From Felis catus (lineage: Eukaryota): a stretch of 64,000 bases of DNA. Shown here piece after piece: positions 1-12,000 of this stretch. The notes under the pieces are model-generated. The model ran no database searches, was not told the origin of the DNA, and worked only from the letters and a program-made list of their open reading frames with translations. Position 1 is the first letter of the stretch, and every line of letters starts with the position of its first letter. The stretch lies in contig NC_058368.1 of the NCBI RefSeq assembly GCF_018350175.1, positions 25,236,001 through 25,300,000 on the forward strand, written 5' to 3'. A program made the position numbers and the translations under genes.

Positions 1-192
1 GTGCAGGAAGTCCTACCTGATGAATTTCATGGAAAAGTCACGGCTCCTCAGAACTAGCCTATTGGCCGCCCCAATCTGCAAAATGAAATCAAGCTCTAAG
101 AGACTGGGATATCCTGTTGCTTGTTCTTACGGGTCATGTTTCTTATCTCTACCTGTGGACTAAAACCTCATCGAAAGCAATAGTTTACTTTG

Positions 193-195
<3 letters not shown>

Positions 196-236
<41 letters not shown>
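196..236 (+). repeat. (CA)n microsatellite
   Basis: About 20 AC units. Confidence 0.98.
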
Positions 237-238
<2 letters not shown>

Positions 239-2127
239 AAATTAGTGATTGGAAATATCCCACATCTGAGATGGGCACCGTGAGCAGTGGTTTCAAACGT
301 CACATAAAGTCTGTTACCATCAAAATAGGACCCTTGCACAGCATAGCGCAAAGCTGAGAGACAGAAAAGGTAACGAGTCAAGGGATACCACGTGAAGAAC
401 AGAGAGCCCCCAGCACCTTACTTTCCTGCTCTGGCTGTTTCTCTCCACTGCATCCCAACAAAGGATCCTGTTCACAATCTACAGCCTACTCTAACCAATA
501 CTCTTTCCAAATTAAAGGCATGGTTCCCGCTAGGATAAAAGTCACAGGGAACTCCAGGCTGAGTGTCTGGAAGCAGGCAGAATGTCAAGGTCAACAGGGA
601 GTCAGTTACACTGATTCCAGTGATTTCGGCGTGAGGGATGGAAGAAATGAGGGTTGCTGCAGCTTCCACCTGGATCCAACTTCTGGTGGAAAGGGAAGGG
701 ACTATGGACCAAACATCACAAAACTATGCTTCGATTAAAAGGTCAGCTACAAATAGCATCGAAAGTAGAGTCTCCCAATAGATTGCTAGGCTTTCAGATT
801 ATTTGTTCTGAAGATCTGCTTCCAAGAACTAGTGAGTTCTCTGTTGTGCTCACCTGGAGAATGGCCAGCCAAGAAAAACCTCACTGAAAAGAGATCCAAG
901 AGATCTGTTGTAGATAAGCATTGATTCTATATTCCTTCCCACATCAGGTTATCACATGGGTTATCTACATGGGTTAGAGTTTGTCTTTTCCAATACTGTA
1001 TGAAAATATTTTACCTTGAGTACTATACAATACACACTCCCCTCTCTTTTTTTTTTTAACCTTTTTTTAAGGCATTGAGATAAGAAAGAGAAATTGAGAA
1101 TCATTTTACTTATCCTGAATTGATGTATACATATACTTTTCTAGGCTTTCTTATGGTGTTAAAGACAGCAAGAAGCAAACGTAGAATGAACGTTACTTTA
1201 TCTCTACCCTGTCTCCCATGAAACGTGTCATTAAATTGCATTTGATACTGTTTCCTTGATCCTTTGGAGTTGTTTTTTGTTGGTGGTGGTGGGTTTTTGT
1301 TTTGTTTTGTTTTTTTTTTTTTTCTCCCCACAGGCTACTGTGCAACACGCGGGGACAGAAACGAAATGCTACAAGGGAAAGTAATTATCAGAAATTCACC
1401 AGCTGCCATATTTGACTTATGTTTCACTATCTCCCCCCCCCCCCCTTTTCATTTTTGCCTCGATTTTAAAGTCATAATTGGATGTAAGGAAGACAGCGCT
1501 ACTAGAGGTGAATAAAAGCCCTGGCAACAAAGTTGCCCCCAATGCTATTTCAATGTATGGGGCAGCCCTGAGGGGACCAAAGCCTCCCTCACTGGACTCC
1601 AAAGAAAGAGACAGGCTTTCACTCCCCTTCCCTTCCACCCAGGGCCCCTTCTCTTAGCTCTTCCCTCCTTCTGCCTGACAACAGCGTTCCTGAAATTTAC
1701 TTCTGGGCCTATCAGATCGGTTGTCAAGGGAGCCTTCATGGTTTGATTCTTTCATTTCAGGCCACTGTTAGTTACTCGCAAGATCAGGACTGAGCAAGAG
1801 TACTAATCCTATTGCCTGTCAATTCATGTTAACTTCTATCTTCTTCCCTACCTCCTTATTCCCAGAACCTGTTTCCTGCTCCCACATGGGCTTACAGACA
1901 CCGCCTTGATTGATCTAAGTGATCAAACTGACCCCGTGGCCAGCATGAATATTCACAAGCCAGGCCCCAATTCATCTCAGGCCACGTCCCCTCTTGGGAC
2001 ATTCCCGCATCCCACAGTGTCCCAGATGTTTGCCCCTTCCCTCCAAATACCCTCAAAGCCATGCAGTAAGTTTTCTTAGTGCTAGGGTGAGACTCCACCA
2101 AAAGGAAGGAGAAGCTCAGCCACCTGG

Positions 2128-2260
2128 CCTTTGCTCTCACCCCACAGACAAGGCTTCCATGCATCTTAGCTCTGAGCTGCCGCAGAAAGCGTCCCGATAA
2201 TCCACATTCCCCAGGGAGGACCCTGAAATGGTGACCCTGCTCTGGCATTGTGGGGAGATT
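2128..2260 (+). repeat. Left arm of a ~134-bp inverted repeat
   Basis: Reverse complement of 3506-3639, with about 13 differences by hand alignment. Confidence 0.95.
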
Positions 2261-2411
2261 CGACAGGCCCAACCCTGGCCCCACTCTGGGATCTGGAGTT
2301 TTAATTCCCAAACTTCAGCGTCCTCAGGAAATAATCTGGAGAACTTAATTTCTGGGCCCCAGAACCAGAGATTCTGATTAGAAAGGTCCAGAGTGAAGCC
2401 GAGGATTCGGA

Positions 2412-2622
2412 TTTTTTTTTTTAAGTTCATTTATTTTGATAGAGAGAGTGTGTAGGGGAGGGGTAGAGAGGGAGGGACAGAGGGAGGGAGAGAGAATCCC
2501 AAGCAGGGTCTCCATGTCAGTATGGAGCCCGATGTGGAGCCCGAACCCATGAACTGGGAGACAATTACCCAAACTGGAATCAAGAGTTGGACGCTTAACT
2601 GACTGAGCCACCCAGGTGCCCC
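2412..2622 (-). mobile_element. Can-SINE inserted in a MER5-like fossil
   Basis: tRNA-like head ending ...cacccaggtgcccc, (GA)n tract and poly-T; degenerate TSD aggattc. Confidence 0.92.
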
Positions 2623-2795
2623 AGGATTCTGTTTTTTAACACTCTCTTCCATGGGATTCTGTGAAGGGAATGGCTGATCATTCAATTCTCAAGTCCAGAG
2701 CAGAGCTCACTGGTGAGAAAGAGAGCCACAGAAAACAAAGGAGCAGATGAAGTGACCTGAAGAAGCTGGTCCTTCTGTAAGAAGGAGGAAGGCAG

Positions 2796-3018
2796 CGGGC
2801 ACCTGGGTGGCTCAGTCAGTCAAGCGTCCGCCTTCAGCTCAGGGCATGATCTCCCTGTTCATGGGTTCAAGCCCCGCATCCGGCTCTGTGCTGACAGCTC
2901 AGAGCCGGGGAGCCTGCCTTGGATTCTGTGTCTCCCTCTCCTCTCTCTGGCCCTTCCCCACTTGTGCTCTTTCTCTCAAAAACAAACACTCAAAAAAAAT
3001 TTTTATTGGGGAAACAAA
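2796..3018 (+). mobile_element. Can-SINE
   Basis: Head gggcacctgggtggctcag, (CT)n tract and A tail; TSD aaggaggaaggcag. Confidence 0.92.
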
Positions 3019-3505
3019 AAGGAGGAAGGCAGGAAAACAGGTGCTGGGGAAGTGGCCACAGTTCCATTTGGATGCAGAAGCAAGGAAACACAAAGTGGAG
3101 ATCAAAAAGGATATGAGAAGAGAATTAGGTGGGAGTTCCCTGTAAGCAAGGAGTAGAGGGAACTACTCTTCTATCACTCTGGGATGGAAACAGGGGGCTG
3201 CGGGGACAGAGGAGGGAGAGAAGCAGCTGTGCCACAGACACCAGAGCTCCCCAGCCATCACCCACGGCCAGGGCCGCTGCTGGAAGCCAGCGCAGAACGA
3301 TCCCTAGCGCTGAGGGTCACCCAGCGACAACCCCCGCAGCCTGGCGCCCGGTGAAAGGACTGTGCACATCTTCCCATGAACACAGAAGGGGCTCATCTGT
3401 GAATCCCTGCCAGGTTGGAATGGTAACTCATTTTTAAATCTCTGCCCCCAGCGCTGACAGGGAGTTACCTAGCAAATCCCCAGGGAGGCGTTTATTTATC
3501 CTGCA

Positions 3506-3639
3506 AATCTCCCCAACGTGCCAGAGAAGGGTCACCATTTCAGGGTCCTCCCGGGGGGAATGTGGATTATCGGGACGCTTTCTGCCGCAGCTCAGAGCTA
3601 AGCCCCATGTAAGCCTTGCCTGTGGGGTGAGAGAAAAGG
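3506..3639 (-). repeat. Right arm of the ~134-bp inverted repeat
   Basis: Reverse complement of 2128-2260. Confidence 0.95.
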
Positions 3640-3875
3640 AAATCACTGAACTGGTTTCTTATTAGCCTAGAGCAAGACAAGATATACTCTGCACGCCCTC
3701 TCCAAGGGAGTTGATGGGAAAAGCCTCTATTAAGGATCAGAGTTGGGGGTGTGGATTACCACCCGTCTGGGGGGTGAGTGTATCTCCCACTCCCTCTGCC
3801 CCCTCCAGGGCCCCAGTTCAGCTTTCATTAATACACAGCAGAGGGACACATTGTGATTTTTTCACACTGGACCCG

Positions 3876-3952
3876 ACAGACAATTCTGGGGATGACAGAG
3901 GTTAAAAATGAAACAGAGAATTCTGGGGATGACAGAGGTTAAAAATGAAACA
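3876..3952 (+). repeat. Tandem duplication, 37-bp unit x2
   Basis: acaga(c/g)aattctggggatgacagaggttaaaaatgaa occurs twice. Confidence 0.95.
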
Positions 3953-4264
3953 ATCAAACAGGAAATCAAGCACCCCCAAAATATCGAAATGCTTCCAGAT
4001 CATTCGAAAGGCAAGGCCACCTGCCGCCCCGTGGTCCTGCTTTCTGCAAACAGTGACAGGAGGACCAGGCTGCCGGGCAAAACCCAAAGGCTGGTTCTTT
4101 CCCTAACCAGCCAGCTCTGCGTATTCACCAACCCAGGAAAGTCGCTCTGTAGATAAGGAGACTCAGAAAAACTCTGATCACTGGGGCTGGTTTAGAGAAG
4201 GGGCCACAACCCTGAGGAAGAGGCTGGGTTGCAGAATGGGCTCCAGTGGGGAGACAGCAGAGAG

Positions 4265-4466
4265 TAGGGCTGTTTAATAAAATACAGACCACCCAGTTTC
4301 ATTTGAATTCCAGATAAACAACAGCGACAAAACAATTTAGTATCTCTTTTAGAATCCTCGCAATATATGATGTACATACTTATACTAAAAACGTCCTTGT
4401 TGTTTATCTGAAAATCAAATATAACTGGGTGGCCTGGATTTTTATTTGCTAAGTCCGGCCAGCCTA
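4265..4466 (+). mobile_element. MER53-like palindromic hAT MITE
   Basis: Ends TAGGG...GCCTA, with internal inverted arms cagataaacaaca / tgttgtttatctg matching the recalled consensus. Confidence 0.8.
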
Positions 4467-5185
4467 GGAGGGAAAGAGCCCTCCTGAATCAACGGCATGC
4501 ATTTTATTCTGGGGGGAGGATGGTATCTACAGCAAGCACTCGGGAGGGAGGGTTCCCTTTGGTAACTTTGCCCTTGATCTGGGGAGTCACGTCTGTGACC
4601 AATTCTCTCTGGCCACAGGGCTGGGTTTGGACAGTTTATTATTCACAGCAATAGCAACCTTTTGGTCCAGGTTCCCTGACCAAATTCCAAAAAGACGGTG
4701 CAGGTGTTGCCTGCACACAGAGTGGTGGGTACATCATAGGAGAGAAACCCTGAGATTAGGAGACCATCCTCCCCTCTGGAGAGAGAGATTATTTGCATTA
4801 CCCTGGAATGGAAGCAAATCTCTCTTAGAAGGGAATACCTCTTTCTTTACTATCCAGGAATGTAAACAAATTTGCTCTAGAAGGAGTTCCTCTCTCCAAG
4901 CTTTACTGAAATTCCTGGAAAGATGGTTCTGGAGCAAATTGGTTGTTCACACCTAGACTTGTAAAAACACGAGAGATTCATAGACTGTTGACCAATAGCA
5001 GCGCGCAGCTTTATATAATGAAGAGTCAATGAAATGATTAAGGTTTAAACTGGTGTGGTTTGAGGAAGAGTTTGATGGCAGCTAAAATGATTAAAGAATG
5101 CTTCGTGGAAAAAGAACTTGAAGTTGTCCCTGAAGAACTTATAGCTAATATCCAAGACCACCAGCCCATTTTATCTACCAGAAAA

Positions 5186-5408
5186 AAGGGTTGGCAAACT
5201 CTTTCTAGAAAGGGCCAGATAACAGATATTTCAGGTTTTGCACACCATATACCCTCTACTGCAACTATTCAATTCTGCCATCGTAATGTGAAAGCAGCCA
5301 CAGACAATACCTAAACAACTGAGTGTGGCTGTGTTCTAATAAAACTTTATTTACAAAAACAGGCAGCAGAATGACTTTGTCCCAGGGGCTGTGGTCTGTT
5401 GATTTCTA
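5186..5408 (-). mobile_element. MER58A-like hAT-Charlie element
   Basis: gggttggcaaac...aagggccagata...ggctgtgttctaataaaactttatttacaaaaacagg. Confidence 0.8.
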
Positions 5409-6044
5409 CACGAGAACACACGACAATTACCATTCAGACAGATGCAGTGGGATGATCAATTGCTGGAAATGCTAGAAGGGATTCATTCAAAGGGAAAAGA
5501 GTTGGATGAAGTGCTGAATGAGGAAAAGAATAGTAGAGGAAATAAGCACATAAAGTAACTCGTAGGGTTCTTCATCACTCAGCAATTCCCTGTTTGGGGA
5601 TTTGGTAGAATAACTAGAAACTATACAGGCATTTTGAGCTTTCTTCCAAATGCAAGGATGAAGTTAGAGAGCTGTTAGAATCTGTATATATATATATATT
5701 CATCTCTAAGATTCTAGAAGACCTAGAAGATTCTAGAAAGCCACAGGCAGCCTTGCTCATATGATATGATAGCTGCTGGGTTCCCTGAAATAAGTGACAA
5801 AGGGGACTTTGAATATGATGGTCAGTAATCTGTCCCTAACACTGGGATTCGGCTTCATTCTAACAATGAGGGGGACTGCACGGATGGATACTTCTGCAAG
5901 GAACTTCCCCGAAGCAGAAATCAGTCAAAATACAAAGGTTCTGTCTTGGGAAATCCAGTTCATCATAAAAGAAAAGAGTATGAAATACTATAGTATGTAG
6001 TACTGCTCAAATATCCTCTTTCCCAGTTTTTAAAGATGTACCAG

Positions 6045-6585
6045 GATTTTTTGTTAATTGGGTGTGGTAAAGTAACAGCATGGGAACAACTTCCTTTGAA
6101 AGAAAAAATTATTACTCACAACTCCCAAGAGAAGGGGGCACACCAGGCCATGCAGGGCCGCACAAGGTGGCACCAGGGTTGACCAGGAGGCAGAAGGATT
6201 AGGGAAAGCGTGGGCAAAAGCTTTTAATGTGGTTTTAAGGGAAATGAATGGGTGTGGCCGAGTAAACATTGGAGCAGGTATAGAACTGGATAGTTTGAAT
6301 CATTTCGGCGGACTCTATGCTCCCAAGGTGATCTTGAATTTATCTGGTACCTGGCACTGGGGCGATTTAGGGCAGGGGGACAGTGCTAGACTGGGAGTGC
6401 CAGATAAAAGAAATAGCATAGGGGTGTGGATTCAGGATTGGCAGGTTTGCATGTCGAAGGCATGTTCCTAGGCAAGTTGTTTGCTATCTCTAGGAATCAG
6501 CTAACGTGGGGAGGAACAGTCCCTCACCAGGTGGTCAAGGCCTCAAGGCATCATAAATTGCAAAAAACCAGAACATGATTAATAT
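6045..6585 (-). mobile_element. ERVL-type solo LTR (MER73/74/76-like)
   Basis: Reverse-complement similarity to the LTR at 27530-28077 (…gctatctctaggaatcagcta…, …ggattggcaggtttgcat…). Confidence 0.55.
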
Positions 6586-6769
6586 GTCCAGCCTAAAAGA
6601 GTTTTAATCTCTTGGAGAAGGTCATGTGGGCTGAAAGATAGAGAATTCTCCCTTCACGCTGGGGAGGCAGCTAATGCCCAAGTTGTGGAGTGAGATCCAA
6701 ACTAAGGCAGCGGGAGCTGCGGAGTTCAGGGACAGGCAACAGGCTTTCAAGAAGACAGCAATTCATAAC

Positions 6770-6850
6770 GCAAAGTTGTTCAGCCTATGTGAATGGTGCC
6801 CTCTGGAGTTGTGCAGTGCACAATCTGAACAGCTGTACACAGTAGCCTTG
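6770..6850 (-). mobile_element. MER91-like fragment with a CTCF-like core
   Basis: gtgaatggtgccctctggagttgtgcagtgcacaa. Confidence 0.5.
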
Positions 6851-7158
6851 AGTGTGAACCACCCAGGGCACACAGGGAAGGGAGGGTACATCAGCCAAGT
6901 TGTAGACTATAAAATCTACTTGAGCTAGTTTAAACAGAAGTGTATTAGGAAATTCACAGGAGATCCAAAGAGTCATACAGTCAGAAACAGAGCCAGCCAG
7001 AGAAAACTCTCGGCTATGTACAGCATTCTTCTGGCAGAAATACCACTGTTGTTGCCTTCTGCTGCTTGACACCTTGATGCTAGAGACCAAACACTAGGCT
7101 CGGAAACTCTATCACAGCTGCCCCAGAAGAAGGAAGGGGAAGGGTAGCAAAGCATGCC

Positions 7159-7700
7159 TGTGGGAGTTCAGGAGAAGCACCCCCCCCCCCAAAATATGCC
7201 ACTTTGATATACTGACATTTTGAGCTGTAGGTGCTCAAAAAAGAGCAAACGCAGGGAGAGGCTTTCTCTGAACTCCCTTGATCTGTCTAAAGATACGTCC
7301 TCCAACAGGAACTCGGTTGTCATAAATGCCCCCCCCCCAGAATGTCATCAATGGGGGCAGACTGACTTTGACCATGGAGAGGAGACTTCAAGGCAACATC
7401 ACACTCAGACAAACTTCGTCACAAACTATACCTCCCTCCTGTTTTTCTAATGGCTCCTTCACCTTTCTGAAAAATCAGTTACTCTCCCCTGAGAGGCCTA
7501 AATCCCTCCTTCCCCCCCCCCCATCAAGATGGTGTTTAATCCTGAATTCTCAAGTCCCTTCTTCAGCTTACTCATTTCTCCCGAGTGTCCCAGGTACACA
7601 GGAGGTGTACCTACTAATAAACTTTTTCTCTTGTTCATCTCTATGGGTCTCAGATAAGAACTCCTAAGGGCAGAGGGAAAATGATTTCTCTTCCCCTACA
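7159..7700 (+). mobile_element. MER34-like ERV1 solo LTR
   Basis: TG...CA termini; ccccaaaatatgccacttt near the start, AATAAA, and cccctaca at the end. Confidence 0.7.
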
Positions 7701-10437
7701 AAAGCCAGATGTCCCACCCTCCACGCTTGCCTAAAGATCAAGTCCCTAAATTATATGAAGAGCCCTAAATGCCAGGGAAACCGCAAAGTACAGGTGTTAC
7801 TTAGCGTTCCAGTCTTAGATTTGGTCAAGAGGGCAAACTGAAAGGCGACTGCCATCTGCCCTAAGCAAGCCCAGTTAAGCTTGCGTGGAGTTGTGGTAAA
7901 GCACAACAGAGCTCCAGGAACAAAACTGGTGATGAGAAGCGGCTACCCCTGGAAATGCCACCTGAGCTCTAGATTGTTCCCAATGCCGGTGGGGTCTGGG
8001 GAACAGAGGGTGAATAATCTGAAGTAAAAAGCACCAAAATCCTTTAAGTAGGCTGCATTTTGCCAATAGACCTATTCCTGAAACAATGAACGAAATCACA
8101 TTCTAAGTGCCGCATATAATATTTATTGCTGAAAGACTCCCATTGTGAATCCTTTTGCAAAGTGAATGACTGTGCTTCTGTATTTCTTTCGCGTGAAGCT
8201 AGATTTAATATATTGAGCTTTCTTAAATCAAGGTATACCATCCCCTTGGAGCCTTTAAAAGAACGGAACATCACAAATCTCATGAAAGGAGGCCATAAAA
8301 AGTCACGGTTTTGACATAACAGGCATGACATAATGGCAGCTGGAAACTGGCAACTGTCAATGCCATCGTAAGCTCCCTGTCTCCCAAATTAACAGCTGGA
8401 ACTCATCAGCTTGGACACGGAGGGAGAGCTGGGCACGACCTTAATACCTGGCCGTGTCCACCTAGTAGCTAAAGTGCTCCGAGTACCAACTCGAATGTAG
8501 ATCTCGGGCCCCACATCCGCATGTGTGCTGTAAATACCGGCGTGTTGGATAGGAGGCATAGGTGCTTAATGCTCTCGTAAAAAGCAGCGTGCAGATGGTA
8601 ATGAATGCCTCACACCGTCCCCAATGTGCAAAGCAGAATTTCTACAGTGGCAGCGGCTCTGATTTCTGAGTTCTTTTTAAAAATTTTTGCCCATGAAGCT
8701 GGAGGCCAAAAGCTGCACATTGTGAAGGATTTTGCTGCCGGCTCACTCAGACCTCAGCTCATAATGGAGACTGGTGCTCGTTAATAGATTGGTGCACTCC
8801 TTCCCCGGTGCCTTGTCAAATAATAGCGCAAAGCAGTAAGAGAGGAGTCCACACTCACACGCAACTCACCAGTCCAACGGTGGGGAGGGGGCTTGTTTAT
8901 TATCCTGTCTGGAGCAGAATGAAATTATTTATGGACCATTTAGATGCAAATGTATCATTCATTTAGCAAACACGCTGCATATGCAGACAATTTAGCCAAA
9001 CAATAGATCTATAAGGACATGCCCACTAATCTTGGAACATCAACGGTGCCTTTTCAAAGGGGATTTGGATTTTCTCTGAATTGATCAAACTTGACAAGTA
9101 ATTTCTACCTAATGTTCAGGCTAGCCTCTTCTCTCTTCACCATCTGTAGGTGAGAAATCCTATTTTCTGCTATTGACTAGGTAACGCAAAAGGCTGCGGA
9201 CGCAGGTTAAAGAAGAGGAGGAGATTTTTGTGCCCACGACTATGTCGCCACAGAAAATAAAACCATTCTGAAGGACCTATTTTGTTTGGTTGCTTTGAAA
9301 TTACAAAACGTTTCCATTCGACACACGGCCCATCCCCCAACCCATTTATGCTTCCTGAGCTGTTGCAGGAGAGGAAGCTGGGAAGAAATCTAAGCCATCT
9401 TGGTACAAAGAGAGTGTTCCCCACCACTACCCCCCCCCCACCGCCCTCCCCTCCCCCGCCCCCAACCCACACACACACACACACACCTGCTCGCCAAGAA
9501 GAACGTCTCAGTCCCTGCCTGGGAATTGTAAAAGAGTAACTCTCGGAATCAATGAAAACCATGTTAGGGGAAAAGACACCAAATTTGAGACTCACCCCCT
9601 CTTGGAGTTTCCTATCAAAATGTCAGCTTGATTCAGTTGTACGAGACAATTGGGTGAATGGAGGAAAGGTGATGTAATAAGCCCTGCAGGTCAGGGATGT
9701 AAAATGGAATTAGATGAATTTCTCCGCAGTGGGCCCAAGGGAGGGACTGAGGGGCTACCCTGCCCGTGACTGAGCTCAGAATGGGAGCCTGTAAGTGTTT
9801 GAATCTCAGGGCTCACCCCCACATGGGTCTCCATGCTGGTACCCTGTGATGGACCTTTTTTTTAACAAAACAAAAAAAACAACATTTTTCTTTGCCCATA
9901 TCCAAATGGAGAGACGATATTTGCAATCTGCCCACTGCCTCCTCTAGGAGCCTTAGCCCGAGAGAGGCCTCCTCTGCCACCAGATCCTTTGGCCTGGTTG
10001 TTAGAAAACAAGAATTAAATTGCCACCGAATCCTTTAATGAGCTTGCCTCCATTTTACTGGAAGGCCAACCAACTCCTAGATTTGACTGAAATCTTAAAG
10101 TGGCCACGATGCGTACCAGGAACACTGGGCTACGTGCCTTGTAAATTTCTTTAAAAAAACAAAACCAAACAAAACCTGGATAGCGCTTTTATTAATCCAA
10201 CCAGTTTTGTTGCTATAATTCTTAAGTTCTAGGTAGAACTCAAGCCAAATGCATCGTACCTCACTCTCCTCTATCCCTGGCTCTCTCTCCCCATCCGTTT
10301 CTCTGTGCGTGTGCCCGTGCGTGCACACACACACACAGCCTGCGTGCACACGCATCTCCCACCCCCTCTCCTTCCAACAGTCCAGACTCTTCAAGTCTGC
10401 TGCTTCTACTTCATTCACTTCCAGTGTCTTCCTTTCT

Positions 10438-10596
10438 TTTTTCTTAAGTTTCTTAAGGGAGACACAGAATCGGAAGCAGGCTCCAGGCTCTGAGCCATCA
10501 GCCCAGAGCCTGACGCGGGGCTCGAACCCACGGACCGCGAGATCGTGACCTGAGCTGAAGTCGGACGCTTAACCGACTGAGCCACCCAGGCGCCCC
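10438..10596 (-). mobile_element. Can-SINE lacking its 3' CT-repeat segment
   Basis: Head intact; 16-bp TSD cagtgtcttcctttct at 10422-10437 and 10597-10612. Confidence 0.92.
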
Positions 10597-10759
10597 CAGT
10601 GTCTTCCTTTCTGTGTTTCAGCTTCATCCCTCACAACTACCGCCTCAGCTTTCTCAAGTCACAAGCTACCGCCTTATTGCCAGATACAGCAGCCGCTTTC
10701 CAGACTTCGTCGTCCCCCAAATTCTCCGCCACGTTTGATGCCGTGGACTTCCAGGAAAT

Positions 10760-12000
10760 TCCTAAACACTACACGGAGAGCTCCGCTAGGCGCCTGAAAC
10801 TCAGTTTACCCAGGTCGACATGGACCTGAAGCCTCTGCCTGCCAGGGGCACCCCTAACAAACCTTGCCTCCTCCTTCAGTTCCCTGCCTTGGGAAAGGCC
10901 ACACTCTCCTCTCAGTTACCTGGACTAGAAGCCCCAGGGGCATCTTAAACCCTTCCCTTTTCCTCAGCTGGCTTTTCCAGTCCACCCCGGCATCCCCTTG
11001 ATCCTTCCCCTATACCACTGGTTCCCCACGTCTCATCCCACCTTGCAGAAAATTACATCACAAATGGCGGTATCGCTCAAGGGACTCAGACCGCCACGCA
11101 AGATGCTCCACACACTATGTCCCATTCCATTTTCAGGCGGCGCCTTCACAGAGGTCTTAGTACGGGTGAAAATATCTGACCAGTTCGTATTGAAAGGCAC
11201 GCTCTTTGACTGTAAAGAACTTTCTTGCTGTTTCTCCTTTATATTGTACTTAGTGTCTGATAATTTCTGAAGTTATGAGAGTAGGTTGGTTATATTATTT
11301 ATGAACTTCATTTCAGACGGGGTTGAAAAATACCGCTCCCTTAGAGCTTGTGCTTAAGGTTTCCTTTCCAGGCCCATCACTTCTTTCCAAGTTCTTACCT
11401 GGATACTAAAATTATCGTCCCTTCCCTACTCCACTCCCTGTGTGTCCGACTGCTCGTCTCTCCAATCTGTCCTTTGCACCGCCAGGAAGATGATCTTTAT
11501 ACAGCACACATCAGGCCGTGTCCCTCTCCTCCTTCAGGGTCTTTAATGGCTCCCCACCGTTGTGAGAGGCAATTCTCACGCTTGAGTGTGGCACGTAAAA
11601 CCATCGCAAGTGGGTTCCTGCTATCTTTCAAACCTCTCTTCCACGTGTCCATCACACATCCTACGCATCAGTACATGGGATGAGTTTACTCCTCTAGCCC
11701 TTTGCTCTATGCTGTTCCCTACCCTTGAACTCCCTTTCTCTCCTATGAAGCCTGCAAGCTTCAGTCAGCCCTCAGTGACTCCTCCCTGCCCCCAGATCCC
11801 CTACTCCTTGAATGCTTTATTCAAACGCCATTCAAGGGCCCAGTTCATCCCTCCTTGTACCATCGTTTCGCTGTTTATGTACCTCTCCCCTAATGTGTGT
11901 GTGCTCTGAGCCAGGACTGTTCCATTTACCTCTGGATCCCCCTCAGTGCCGAGCACTTTGACACAGTGCCTGCTCAAGAAATGCTTGCTGATTTGAGTTG
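10760..12000. mobile_element. Degraded L2 fragments
   Basis: L2-like pyrimidine-rich stretches and a 3'-end motif (cagtgcctg...ctcaagaaatgcttgctga). Confidence 0.45.

Noticed and set aside
1334..1380. Apparent 47-nt exon (poly-T…cag / gtaatt)
   Set aside because: The pyrimidine tract is low-complexity, the donor is weak and no partner exons were found.
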